This document shows positions 37,861-47,575 of a stretch of 64,000 nucleotides of DNA, piece after piece. Location: the NCBI GenBank assembly GCA_027315455.1, contig DAHUXZ010000006.1:8952-72951 (forward strand). Direction: 5' to 3'. The position numbers and the translations under genes were made by a program. Each line of letters starts with the position of its first letter. Position 1 is the first letter of the stretch. The notes beneath the pieces are model-generated. The model ran no database searches, was not told the origin of the DNA, and saw only the letters and a program-made list of their open reading frames with translations. Source of the stretch: Thermoplasmata archaeon (GTDB lineage Archaea > Thermoplasmatota > Thermoplasmata > Lutacidiplasmatales > UBA184).

Positions 37861-39319
37861 GAGCGCGTAGCGCTATTCGTCTCGCGCACTGATTCGGTTC
37901 GAACGGTGGTACTATAGCCGGGCTCGTCTATCGAGGAGGTATGGCCTCCTCGAAGGGACCGTCATTCCGCAAGTACGATCCGAGTCAGACCGTCCTGCTT
38001 CCGACCAACCTCGACGAGTGGCTCCCCGAGGATCACCTCGCCCGCATCGTGGCCGAGGTGGTCGACCACCCCGACCTCGAGCCGCTCCTCGCCACCTACC
38101 GGAACGCCGAGGGAGGATTCCCGGCCTTCGATCCCCGACTCCAGCTCAAGGTCCTCCTCTATGGTTACTCCGTCGGCGTGGTGAGCTCTCGACGCCTCGA
38201 GAAGGCCACGTTCGAGGACCTCGCCGTCCGGTGGCTCGCCACCGACCAGCACCCGCACTTCACCACGCTCGCCCGGTTCCGCCATCGGAACCTTCCGCTC
38301 ATGGACGGGCTCTTCCACCAAGTGTTGGTGCAGTGCCGGGAGGCGGGCCTCGTGAAGCTCGGTCGGGTAGCACTCGACGGGACGAAGATCAAGGCCAATG
38401 CTTCGAAGCACCGCTCGAAGAGCTACGCCCGGCTTCGAGAGGAAGAGGACGAGCTGCGACGGCTATCGAAGGAGATTCTCCGAGAGGCCGAGAAGGCCGA
38501 CGAGGAGGAGGACCGGCTCTATGGAAAGGACCAGAACCCCCTCCTCCACCCAGCGCCCCCGGATTGGAAGGAGCGGCTGAAGAAGGCCCGTGAGGCGCGC
38601 AAAGCGCTCGAGGAGCGGGAGAGGAAGAAGGGTAAGGAGGCGCCGGAGACCACGGCGCAGTGCAACTTCACCGACCCCGACTCACGAATCGTTCAGGACA
38701 GCGGGAACAAGCGGGCGTTCATCCAAGGATACAACGCCCAAGCGGCGGTGGACGCGAAGAGCCAGGTGATCGTGATGGCGGCGATCACTCAAGAGAACCC
38801 GGACCAACAGCACTTGCTCCCGATGGTCGAGGCCTTGGAGAGGGAACTCGGAGAGCTCCCCGCGAAGCTCCTCTCCGATGCGGGGTACTTCAGCGAGACA
38901 CAGATCCGCGCCGTGGAGGCGAAGGGCGTGACGGTGTACTGCCCTCCGGACTCCTGGCACCTAACAAAAGGGAATCCGTGCCCCCGGGGGCGTCCTCCGA
39001 AGGACGAGGGGTTCAAGCAGTTCTTCCGTCGGAGGGTCCGGAGCTGGCGAGGGCGACAGGAGTACCGCTGGCGGAAGGTCAGCGTGGAACCGGTGTTTGG
39101 GCAGATCAAGCAGGGGAGAGGGTTGCGGCAGTTCCTCCTTCGAGGGAAAGCGAAGGTCGGAGCCGAGTGGAAGCTCTGGTGTCTGACCCACAATATCCGG
39201 AAACTACACGTGGCAAGCCTCGGCTGAAGGCCCGAGGGAGCGGATCGCAAGGGTCCCGAGTTCCACCGAACGAAGGAACGCCGAACGTCCCGCCCCGATC
39301 GGGGTAGAGCTACGCGCTC
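37861..39319 (+). mobile_element. IS1182-family insertion sequence
   Basis: Terminal inverted repeats GAGCGCGTAGCGCTA (37861-37875) and the reverse complement of 39305-39319 match 14/15; CTAG direct repeats at 37857-37860 and 39320-39323. Confidence 0.9.
37941..39227 (+). CDS. IS1182-family transposase
   Basis: LPEDHLAR, SSRRLE, PHFTTLARFR, VALDGTKIKANAS, TDPDSR, GYNAQ, DAGY, VEPVFGQIK. Confidence 0.93.
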   Translation: MASSKGPSFRKYDPSQTVLLPTNLDEWLPEDHLARIVAEVVDHPDLEPLLATYRNAEGGFPAFDPRLQLKVLLYGYSVGVVSSRRLEKATFEDLAVRWLATDQHPHFTTLARFRHRNLPLMDGLFHQVLVQCREAGLVKLGRVALDGTKIKANASKHRSKSYARLREEEDELRRLSKEILREAEKADEEEDRLYGKDQNPLLHPAPPDWKERLKKAREARKALEERERKKGKEAPETTAQCNFTDPDSRIVQDSGNKRAFIQGYNAQAAVDAKSQVIVMAAITQENPDQQHLLPMVEALERELGELPAKLLSDAGYFSETQIRAVEAKGVTVYCPPDSWHLTKGNPCPRGRPPKDEGFKQFFRRRVRSWRGRQEYRWRKVSVEPVFGQIKQGRGLRQFLLRGKAKVGAEWKLWCLTHNIRKLHVASLG

Positions 39320-39700
39320 CTAGTGCACGCAGATACTCTCCTCAATTTCAGAAGCGACGTAGATCTTCTCCTCGGCCCTCCACCGGCTTGGGTCAAGACC
39401 CTAAAGGGGAAGGGGCGAGCAGCTGCCACAGGGCTAATCCCCGAGATGCGTGAGCGTGGACCCGATGGGAGGTGATTGTCAGGCCTTCGACCGTAAAGAA
39501 TGAGTTCTCGGCCCCTCCCTTCATTGTGGATTCGAATCGAGCGGTGGTTCGTGAGGATTCGCCTGACCTCCAATGAAAGCGGACCGAGGCTCGCAACCCG
39601 GCGTGGGCCTTAGCTCGCGTTCCACCTCCGGCGCAGGATTCACCCTTAGGTTCCTATCCAGGGCGGACCGGTCTGGAGACCCGGTCGAATGCATGCTAGG

Positions 39701-40573
39701 TCATCGGGTTCGAACAGTCGGGGCCAGAATCTCCCCGCGACTGAGCCGCTGATCCACCTTTCCGAGGGCGAGCCAGAGCCCGTAGAGCAGCGAGACCGGG
39801 GATGGTGGACATCCCGGCACATACACCTCCACGGGGAGTACGCGATCCACCCCCCCTTCGATCTCCGGGGAACTCCGGAACGGTCCTCCGGAGATGCCGC
39901 ACGCCCCCACGGCAATCACGAAGGACGGGCCGGGCAAAGCCCGATAGGTCTTCTCGAGGGCAAGGCGCATGTTCCGAGTCACCGGACCCGTTACCAGCAG
40001 CGCATCGGCGTGACGGGGGGATGCGACGAGGTGGACTCCGAGACGCTCCATGTCGTAGCGTGGCCAAACCAGGGCAGCCACTTCGACCTCGCATCCGTTG
40101 CAGCTCCCGGCGTCTACGGCGCGGATCGCGAGCGATGTGCCGTAGAGCCGTTGGATGCGGTCCCGCACCTCCTCGGCCATCCGAGCCGAAGCCGCGGGCG
40201 GGGCGTCGGGACCGTGCCGGAGGAGTAGGTCCGACCGGCGCCGGACCGCCGTCTCCTCGAACCGGACCGACGTCATCGCTCCCGACGGGCAGGCGTCCAC
40301 GCAGAGCCCGCAGAATAGACACTTCCCGTAGTCGAGCCGGACCGTGATCGTTCCGGGGGCTTGGTCCACCGCGATTGCCCCCGTGGGACAGGCGCGAGCG
40401 CACGCCCCGGTCCTTTCGCATTCGGCGGCGTGGTGAACGGGGGTCCGGGGGGGGCCGTCCCACTCATCGAGCGGGCCGAGCGGATACCGGATCGTGCCCA
40501 TTGCGGGAAGGAGCGGCTCCGGGGCGGGGACCCTGGGGGGCGCCAGTGCGGGGTCGACCGGCGTCTCCGTCAC
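39701..40573 (-). CDS. Ehr/hydrogenase-4 small subunit (NuoB-like) fused to an N-terminal ferredoxin (HyfH+HyfI-like)
   Basis: CERTGACARACP, CLFCGLCVDACP, GSCNGCEVE, SPRHAD, GAC, PGCPP. Confidence 0.9.
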   Translation of the reverse strand: MTETPVDPALAPPRVPAPEPLLPAMGTIRYPLGPLDEWDGPPRTPVHHAAECERTGACARACPTGAIAVDQAPGTITVRLDYGKCLFCGLCVDACPSGAMTSVRFEETAVRRRSDLLLRHGPDAPPAASARMAEEVRDRIQRLYGTSLAIRAVDAGSCNGCEVEVAALVWPRYDMERLGVHLVASPRHADALLVTGPVTRNMRLALEKTYRALPGPSFVIAVGACGISGGPFRSSPEIEGGVDRVLPVEVYVPGCPPSPVSLLYGLWLALGKVDQRLSRGEILAPTVRTR

Positions 40574-42228
40574 CGATCATACCCTGAATAGGAGAGATTG
40601 AGGCTCTTGTTGCACAGCGGGAAGTCTGGGACGATGTTCCCCCTAACCGCGAGCTCGATTGCCGGCCAGTTCAGGAACGACGGGTCCCGCACGTGCACCC
40701 GTTCGAGTTTCGCCCCCGGCCCCAGAGTGACGTGAACGAGGTACTCGCCCCGCGGGGATTCCACCCAGCCGAGACCGGACCGGCCTTCGGTCCCAGGCTG
40801 TGCGGGAACGTCACCTGGGACCGAAACACCTTGTCGAACGCTCGAGAGGAATCTCTGAGCCAGCCGACAAGATTCGACGATCTCCTCGATCTTGACCACC
40901 AACCGGGCTTGCACGTCCCCGTCGATCCCTCGGGGAACCCGCACCTCGTTCCCGAGGTAGGCACCGTACGGTCGGTCGTGCCGCAGATCGATGCGTAACC
41001 CGGAGGCCCGGGCCGTAGGACCGACGAAATGCATCAGCTCCGCAATCCACCGAGGGATGGTCCCAGTGCCCTGCAGACGGTCCACCACCGACGACTTGCC
41101 GAGCAGCTCCTCCCGCAGGGCGACGATTCCGTCGCGGAGTCGCTCGTAGGTGCCCCCCAGCTCGGGGGTCGCGCTCACCCGGACCGGCCGTCGCAGGCCG
41201 CCGACCCCGACGACGCCTCGGCCCAATCGGGACCCGGTGAGGGCCTGGAGTGTCTGATACGCGGACTCCCGGAGCCGGTTCGCATGAGCGGCCCCAACGG
41301 GGTAGCCGACGTCCAAGGCGATGCCGGCTACATCCCCGCAAAGGAACGCCATCCGTTCTGTCTCCATCAACAGACCACGGAGGATCTCGTCGTCAGGCGG
41401 GACGGGAAGTTCGAGGGCCCGCTCCACGGCGTGGGCGTACGCCACTGACCCAGCGATGGACATGTCGCCGGAAACCGACTCCGCCCATATCGTCCCGAGG
41501 TCGCTCGGCTTTCCTTCGAACAGCCGCTCCGTCCCTTTGTGGTTGTAGCCTAGGCGGACCTCCAGGTCCAGGATATTTTCCCCGACGACCTGGAACCGGA
41601 AGTGTCCGGGTTCGATCACCCCGGCGTGGACAGGGCCGACGGGGACCTCGTAGACGCCTTCGCCCTCCACCATGGAGAACGGGTACTCGACCCGCTGACC
41701 GTCGGGGGCGGAGTCGGGGCCCTTGAGGAGCGGCGGGGCGGGATGTCCTTCGTGCAGCAGCAGCGGTCGTCGGTCCTCCAATCCGTCGAACACGACGCCG
41801 AACATCTCCGCGACCTCCCGTTCAAAGGGTGCAGCGTACGGCAACGTCGTCGAGAGCGTCGGTAGCGTCGGTCGGTCCGGATCGATTGCACAGACGAAGT
41901 GGACGCCCCCGGAGGGCAGGGTCCCGAGGAACAACGCGTGAATCCGGATCTTCCCGAGGTAGCTCCGGGCATCCTCGCCGAAGAGCGTCGAGAGCGGGTG
42001 ATGCAACGAGTCCAGGGCGAGGGCGGCCGCGGCGTTCCACCGCTCCGGCGGCACTGGCACCCGCCAGAGCTCCTCGGAGGGGTCCCACGCGACCGAGGTG
42101 GTCCCGAGCTCTAGGAGCATGCGTCGCTCCTCGGCGGGGGTAGGTCGGCTCGGGAAGTCGCTGACCAGGGCCACCGACGGGGCCGGCTCTCTAGGGACCT
42201 CCTCCCCCTCCTTCGGAAGTCGGATCAT
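40570..42228 (-). CDS. Ehr large subunit (HycE/HyfG-like NuoC+D fusion) lacking Ni-binding cysteines
   Basis: FEREVAEMFG, VGPVHAGVIEPGHFRF, HKGTE, ESPRGE, RDPSFLNW. The L1 site reads ESVSGD and the C-terminus DFPLCNKSLNLSYSG, with no CxxC pairs. Confidence 0.9.
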   Translation of the reverse strand: MIRLPKEGEEVPREPAPSVALVSDFPSRPTPAEERRMLLELGTTSVAWDPSEELWRVPVPPERWNAAAALALDSLHHPLSTLFGEDARSYLGKIRIHALFLGTLPSGGVHFVCAIDPDRPTLPTLSTTLPYAAPFEREVAEMFGVVFDGLEDRRPLLLHEGHPAPPLLKGPDSAPDGQRVEYPFSMVEGEGVYEVPVGPVHAGVIEPGHFRFQVVGENILDLEVRLGYNHKGTERLFEGKPSDLGTIWAESVSGDMSIAGSVAYAHAVERALELPVPPDDEILRGLLMETERMAFLCGDVAGIALDVGYPVGAAHANRLRESAYQTLQALTGSRLGRGVVGVGGLRRPVRVSATPELGGTYERLRDGIVALREELLGKSSVVDRLQGTGTIPRWIAELMHFVGPTARASGLRIDLRHDRPYGAYLGNEVRVPRGIDGDVQARLVVKIEEIVESCRLAQRFLSSVRQGVSVPGDVPAQPGTEGRSGLGWVESPRGEYLVHVTLGPGAKLERVHVRDPSFLNWPAIELAVRGNIVPDFPLCNKSLNLSYSGYDR

Positions 42229-43700
42229 CCGTTCACCACCTGGACCGCCCCGTGCAGGAGCTGGGAGAGGGGGTCCGGGAGGAGGAGGCCGAGGGCGAGG
42301 GCGACGGCCAGCACGACTCCGAGCCCGAGGGAGGCGCAAACGACGGCTCGGGTCTCCGGGGCGTATGGGTGGCCGGGGGGGCCGAGGAGCATGCGGGTCA
42401 AGTGCCAAGAGAGCGCCCCGAACGCCAATACGAGGGCAATCAGCATGAGGCCAGCCGCGACGCCGTTGCCCTGCGAGAATCCCGCGGAAAGGATCAGGAG
42501 CTCGCTGGAGAACATCGAGAACGGGGGCACGCCGGCAAGGGCCAGCCCGCCGAGCAGCAGGAGCGCGCCGGTCCCTGGGGCGGCCACCAGGGCGCCCTGA
42601 ATCTCCTGCAGGTCCTTGGTCCGGGCAGCGAGGGCGAGGTTTCCGCTCACCAGGAACAGGGCGGTCTTGGTCGCCGCATGGTTCAAGAGGTGGTAGAGCG
42701 CGCCGAAGAGTCCGATCGCGCCCCCGAAGGCGAGACCGAGAGCGATGATGCCCATGTTCTCCACAGAGGAGTAGGCGAGCAGTCGCTTCAGGTCCCGCTG
42801 AACAAAGAGGAACAGCGCCGCGAGGAAGACCGAGAGGAGGCCGAAGATCAAGAAGAACCGCTGGGTCCAGAGAAAGCCCGGGATCCTCAGGGTGATCGCG
42901 TAGATCCGGATGAGAGCGTACATGGCGCAGTTGAGAAGCGCACCGGAGAGGAGCGCGGAAACCGGCGTCGGCGCCTCCGAGTGGGCATCCGGGAGCCAGG
43001 TGTGGAGCGGCGCGAGGCCGGCCTTCGTCCCGTACCCAACGAAGAGGAAGACGAGGGCGAGGCGCACTAGGCCCGGGTCCAGCTGGGATCCCGACGACAC
43101 CAGGGTCGTCCAATTCAGCTCGGAGTTTCCCGCGCCGAGGACGTGAACGGAAGCGACGTAGAGCAGGAGCGTTCCGAAGAGGGCGAAGACGAGTCCGACG
43201 CTGCAGAGGATGAGGTATTTCCAGGACGCCTCCTGGGCCCGTCGGGTCTGGTAGTAGCCGACCAGCAATGCCGAGGCCAGGGTCGTCCCCTCCAATCCGA
43301 TCCAGAGCACCCCGAGGTTGTTCGCTTCGGCAACGAGGTACATCGTGAACAGGAACAGGAAGACGAGCTGGTAGTACCGGCGCAACCTTGGCAGCGGCGC
43401 TTCATGCGGACTGCCCGACCGACCGAGGTAGTCGACGGAGTACAGGAGCGAGGCGAGCCCGACGACAGCGACGATGAGGAGGAGTAGCCCTGACAGGTCG
43501 TCCACATAGAGCAACCCCCCGTACGAGGAGAGGGCCCCGAGAGTGAGGAGCGCCTGCAGCAGGAAGGCCACCACCAGGCCGAGGGCCAGAGCCACCGCGA
43601 TGGCGACTGCGTTTGCCTGGTCTCGGGTGCGGGCGAAAGCGACGGCGCCAGCCCCCGCGAGCGGCACGATGAGGACGAGGAGGATCCAGGGGATCGGCAC
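42225..43700 (-). CDS. hyfF: HyfF-like proton-translocating antiporter subunit
   Basis: LEGTTLASA, EASWKY, GYGTKAGLAPLHTWLPDAHSEAP, KRLLAYSS. Confidence 0.88.
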   Translation of the reverse strand: MPIPWILLVLIVPLAGAGAVAFARTRDQANAVAIAVALALGLVVAFLLQALLTLGALSSYGGLLYVDDLSGLLLLIVAVVGLASLLYSVDYLGRSGSPHEAPLPRLRRYYQLVFLFLFTMYLVAEANNLGVLWIGLEGTTLASALLVGYYQTRRAQEASWKYLILCSVGLVFALFGTLLLYVASVHVLGAGNSELNWTTLVSSGSQLDPGLVRLALVFLFVGYGTKAGLAPLHTWLPDAHSEAPTPVSALLSGALLNCAMYALIRIYAITLRIPGFLWTQRFFLIFGLLSVFLAALFLFVQRDLKRLLAYSSVENMGIIALGLAFGGAIGLFGALYHLLNHAATKTALFLVSGNLALAARTKDLQEIQGALVAAPGTGALLLLGGLALAGVPPFSMFSSELLILSAGFSQGNGVAAGLMLIALVLAFGALSWHLTRMLLGPPGHPYAPETRAVVCASLGLGVVLAVALALGLLLPDPLSQLLHGAVQVVNG

Positions 43701-43709
43701 GGCGGGGGC

Positions 43710-44366
43710 TCACCCCTCCAAGGCCCGCAGGGCATCGGCGTCGACGTGGTCGAACGACTCCTTCATCCTCTCGAGGAAGATCCTGGCCACGATCGCAAGG
43801 ACGAGGAGGTTCGCCGCGAGGCCGAGCTCGACGAAGAGCCCTAGGCCGTACGTGAGGGCGATCCCGGCGAGGAAGATCCCGTTGTTCATCACCAAAAGGC
43901 CGACGACCTGGGTAATCGCCTTGCGTCGGGTGATCAGGAGAAAGAACCCGATCAATAGCACGGCCACGGAGATCGGCAACAGCCCGGCCGAAGGGACTTC
44001 CGCAAAGGGTGTGATCCCCCCGACGACCCAGACCGAGACGAGGAGGATTGCGAGCCCTGCCAACGCGCTCGCTCGGACGGAGGCGTACATGTTGACCATC
44101 CGGGAGACGCCGAGGTTCCGGACGACGCGACGCAGCAGCCATGGCAGCACGATCGCGTTGACGACAATCGTGAGTCCGGCGAGAACGTAGATGTCCGGTG
44201 CCTGGTACTGATACGCTACCAGGCCAGCGGTGATGCCGAGGGCGCCGGACTGGATCGCGTAGGTGTCGACGAGGGCCTCGATCCGCCGGTGGATGAGGGA
44301 GATCCACGCGGTAACCAGCACGATGGCGGCGGAGATGTCGAGGGCCTGGACCGCCAGCACGATCAT
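43710..44366 (-). CDS. hyfE: HyfE-like membrane subunit
   Basis: YAIQS, RRKAITQVVGLLVMNNGI, FVELG; position between hyfC and hyfF. Confidence 0.82.
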   Translation of the reverse strand: MIVLAVQALDISAAIVLVTAWISLIHRRIEALVDTYAIQSGALGITAGLVAYQYQAPDIYVLAGLTIVVNAIVLPWLLRRVVRNLGVSRMVNMYASVRASALAGLAILLVSVWVVGGITPFAEVPSAGLLPISVAVLLIGFFLLITRRKAITQVVGLLVMNNGIFLAGIALTYGLGLFVELGLAANLLVLAIVARIFLERMKESFDHVDADALRALEG

Positions 44367-45328
44367 GCGCCCCCGCCGACGACGTACGTGAGGGCGAGGG
44401 ATCCGAAGGCGAAGACGACGGCCAGAGTCGTCAGGTCCGCGACGCGGAAGAGTCGCCACTTGGCGACCCCGGCCTCGAGCCGGCTGACGAGCACGTGTGC
44501 CCCGAGGAGCTTGATCACGACGATCCCAACGGCGAGCGAAACGAGGGCAAGGGTCCACGACGTGCTGATGCCCCACGGCGCGGCGAGGGCGATCAAGAGC
44601 CCGATCATGATCGCAAGCTTGAACCCCCGACCCCACTCGAGGAGGGCGAGGTCGCGGCCCGAGTACTCCAGCACCATCGCTTCGTGCACCATGGTGAGCT
44701 CGAGGTGGGTAGCCGAGTTGTCGATAGGGAGCCGGCCGGTCTCCACGAGCAACAACAGCACATAGGCGACGATGGCCAGCAGCAGCGGTGGGCTGGCGTA
44801 CGCGATCCCGAGAGAGACGCCCCGGGCCGCGATGGCCCCGGCCTGCGTCGAGCCGGCAGGGCTGCCGAAGGCGAAGATGACTAGGAGGAACACTGGCTCG
44901 GCGAGAGCTCCCATCCACATTTCTCGGGTCGATCCCATGCCGCCGAAGGTGCTCCCGGCGTCCGTGGCCGCGAGAGCAGTGATGAACCGGGAGAGCGCGA
45001 GGAGCCCGACCAGCACGATCAGATCGCCAAAGGTCCCAAGCGGCGACGGCAGGACGAACCAGGGGATCAGGGGAACGGTGGCGAGGAGCGCCGCGAAGGA
45101 GATCGCCGGCGCGTAACGGGTGACCCACGAGGCGGATTTCGAGTACACCGCATCCTTGCCGATCAGTTTCCAGAGATCCCGATACGGCTGCAGGAGAGGC
45201 GGACCGACGCGCCCCTGGGTACGGGCCTTGACCCGGCCAAGCACCGCGAGGAGGAGCGGTGAGAGACCAAGGACGAGGAGGTACTCCCCGACGAACGCGA
45301 CCAGTTGGGCGGGCACCGACGCGGTCAC
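44363..45328 (-). CDS. hyfC: HyfC/HycD (NuoH-like) membrane subunit
   Basis: QGRVGPPLLQPYRDLWKL, ETGRLPIDN, ELTMVHEAMVLEYSG. Confidence 0.9.
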   Translation of the reverse strand: MTASVPAQLVAFVGEYLLVLGLSPLLLAVLGRVKARTQGRVGPPLLQPYRDLWKLIGKDAVYSKSASWVTRYAPAISFAALLATVPLIPWFVLPSPLGTFGDLIVLVGLLALSRFITALAATDAGSTFGGMGSTREMWMGALAEPVFLLVIFAFGSPAGSTQAGAIAARGVSLGIAYASPPLLLAIVAYVLLLLVETGRLPIDNSATHLELTMVHEAMVLEYSGRDLALLEWGRGFKLAIMIGLLIALAAPWGISTSWTLALVSLAVGIVVIKLLGAHVLVSRLEAGVAKWRLFRVADLTTLAVVFAFGSLALTYVVGGGA

Positions 45329-47391
45329 GGTGCGGGTCCCCCGACGGCGCGAACGAGCAGCAGGAGCCCGACGAGGGTGACGAAGATGTACGCCAGGTAC
45401 GCGTGGATGCGGCCGGACTGGAGCCGGCTCATCCTACGGGCGAGCCCGAAGATCCCGGACGCGACGGGAGGGAACACCCACGCCCGGATCGGCTCGGCAA
45501 TCTCCACGGTGTACCGTCTCACCCGGGCGAGGACGATCCATGGCGGTCGCAGGGCCGGCGCGCTATCGGAACGCTCTATCGGCCGGTAGAACTCTTCAAA
45601 GATGCGCACCACGGGCTGGGCGTATCCGGTGGCGGTATACTCCATCCTGGGGGTGGGCGCATCGAGACCGCAGTCCCACATCGGTCCTACGACGGTGGCG
45701 GGAGCCCCCCGGATCCGCCAGACGGCCCACGCGACCAGGAGCCCCGCGCCCAGAAGGAGCGCGACAGCTCCGGGGGCAAGCGGGAGAGAGCCCCCGGAGC
45801 CGTTGGGCAGGTTGGACAGCACCGAGAGGGAGACCCCCGAGCCGACGGCGGCTCCCGTCAACTCCCGCAGGGGCCGAGTGGCGAGATCGAGCGCGAGGAC
45901 CGGCGCGACGCCTAGGGCGAGGCAGAACGCGGCGAGGATCCCCATCCCCCCCACCAGGGAGGAGGGAGGCGAACCCGCGAGCTCGGCCTGCTGGGACCGG
46001 GGCCTCGCCAGGAAGGCGATCCCGAACGCCTTGACGAAGCAATAAGCGGCTAGCCCGCTGGTGAGCGCGAGCACCGCGGCCAGGATCGAGAGCGTCATCT
46101 CCGCGGTGACGGAGCCCGTGGAGAATGCGGCGAAGAAGCTCTGGAAGAGGAGCCACTCGCTGACGAAGCCATTGAACGGCGGCAGAGCAGAGATCGCCAT
46201 CGCGCCGACGAAGAAGCCCAGCGCGACGCCCGGCATCCGCCGGATGAGGCCGCCCATCCGCTCGAGGTCGCGCGTCCCGGTCTCCCCGACTGCGGCACCG
46301 GCGCCGAGGAAGAGGAGCGACTTGAACAGTGCGTGGTTCCAGGTGTGCAGGAGCGCCGCCGCGAGAGCGAGTGCTGCGAGAGCCGGGTAGCCGAGGTTCT
46401 GGAACAGGAGCCCCGCGCCCACGCCGAGGAGGATGATGCCGATGTTCTCGATGGAGTGAAACGCGAGGAGCCGTTTCAGATTGTGTTGGACGATGGCGTA
46501 GAGCACCCCAGCCAGCGCCGAGACCCCGCCTAGGGCGAGGATCGTGTACGCCCACCAGCTGGGCCCCCCTCCTAGCAGGCCGAGGACGACGCGGAGGAGA
46601 CCGAAGATTCCCAGCTTGATCATCACGCCGGACATCAGTGCCGAGACGTTGCTTGGCGCGGCGGGGTGGGCGTCCGGCAGCCAAGAATGGAAGGGTACCA
46701 TGGCGGCCTTCGTGCCGAACCCTACGAGGGCCGCCAGGAACACGGCGTCGCGAACTCCGGGCGGGAGCCCCCCGGCGCCCGCAGCAATCCCCTCCCAGGT
46801 GGTCGACCCGGTCGCCGTCGCCAGCAGCAGGAACGAGACGAGGATCGCCCCCGTGGCCGCGTGGCTCATCACGAGGTAGACGAGGCCCGCCTCGCGGCTC
46901 TCCGCGTCCTCGTGGTCGTGAATGACGAGGAAGTAGGAAACAAGGGTCATCGCCTCCCACGCGACCAGGAAGAGGAAGATGGTCCCCGCGGTGCATACCA
47001 GCACCATCGTCAGGACGAAGAGGCCGCATCCTCCGGCGAGGAACCCACGGCGTTGAGGAACGTACCGCTCGGCGTACCCGACCGAAGCCAGCAATATCGC
47101 GGATCCGCTGACGGATACGACCAAGAGGAAGAACGCCGAGAGCGGATCCTCCTGAATCCCCAGGGCGAGCACCGGCGATGCCGGCACCGTCCCCGGCAAC
47201 CCTAGGGACGACGCGGGCAGCGTCCCTCCGAGCAGGACCAGGACCGATTGGACCGTGGTGATGGCGCAGGACAAGGCGCCCAGCAGGAACGACGCTCGGA
47301 CCTCCACCGGCCGACGGCTGGCGAACCCCAGCACGGTCGCGGCTGAGAGTCCGGCGAGAGAGACGAGCAGGAGCAGTTCGCGAAGATTCAT
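45325..47391 (-). CDS. hyfB: HyfB-like (NuoL/MrpA-type) antiporter subunit
   Basis: FLVAWEAM, KAAMVPFHSWLPDAHPAAPSNVSALMSG, LPPFNGFVSEW, WDCG, LQSG. Confidence 0.9.
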   Translation of the reverse strand: MNLRELLLLVSLAGLSAATVLGFASRRPVEVRASFLLGALSCAITTVQSVLVLLGGTLPASSLGLPGTVPASPVLALGIQEDPLSAFFLLVVSVSGSAILLASVGYAERYVPQRRGFLAGGCGLFVLTMVLVCTAGTIFLFLVAWEAMTLVSYFLVIHDHEDAESREAGLVYLVMSHAATGAILVSFLLLATATGSTTWEGIAAGAGGLPPGVRDAVFLAALVGFGTKAAMVPFHSWLPDAHPAAPSNVSALMSGVMIKLGIFGLLRVVLGLLGGGPSWWAYTILALGGVSALAGVLYAIVQHNLKRLLAFHSIENIGIILLGVGAGLLFQNLGYPALAALALAAALLHTWNHALFKSLLFLGAGAAVGETGTRDLERMGGLIRRMPGVALGFFVGAMAISALPPFNGFVSEWLLFQSFFAAFSTGSVTAEMTLSILAAVLALTSGLAAYCFVKAFGIAFLARPRSQQAELAGSPPSSLVGGMGILAAFCLALGVAPVLALDLATRPLRELTGAAVGSGVSLSVLSNLPNGSGGSLPLAPGAVALLLGAGLLVAWAVWRIRGAPATVVGPMWDCGLDAPTPRMEYTATGYAQPVVRIFEEFYRPIERSDSAPALRPPWIVLARVRRYTVEIAEPIRAWVFPPVASGIFGLARRMSRLQSGRIHAYLAYIFVTLVGLLLLVRAVGGPAP

Positions 47392-47575
47392 GGACCGGGG
47401 GTTCGCGCGGTCCCGTCAGGGAACGACCGACGGGGGGTCCGCGCCGGCGCAGTGCAACGGGACCATACGATGATGGAGGAGCCGGGCCAGGTCATCCCGA
47501 GGCGGTTGGGATAGTCTAAGACGGTCTGGACCGACTCCGATACGGTAATTACCCCTCCGGCGCCCTGTCTCACGC

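Noticed and set aside
40570-42228. Functional [NiFe]-hydrogenase / formate hydrogenlyase
   Set aside because: Both Ni-binding CxxC motifs are absent and there are no maturation genes in the window.
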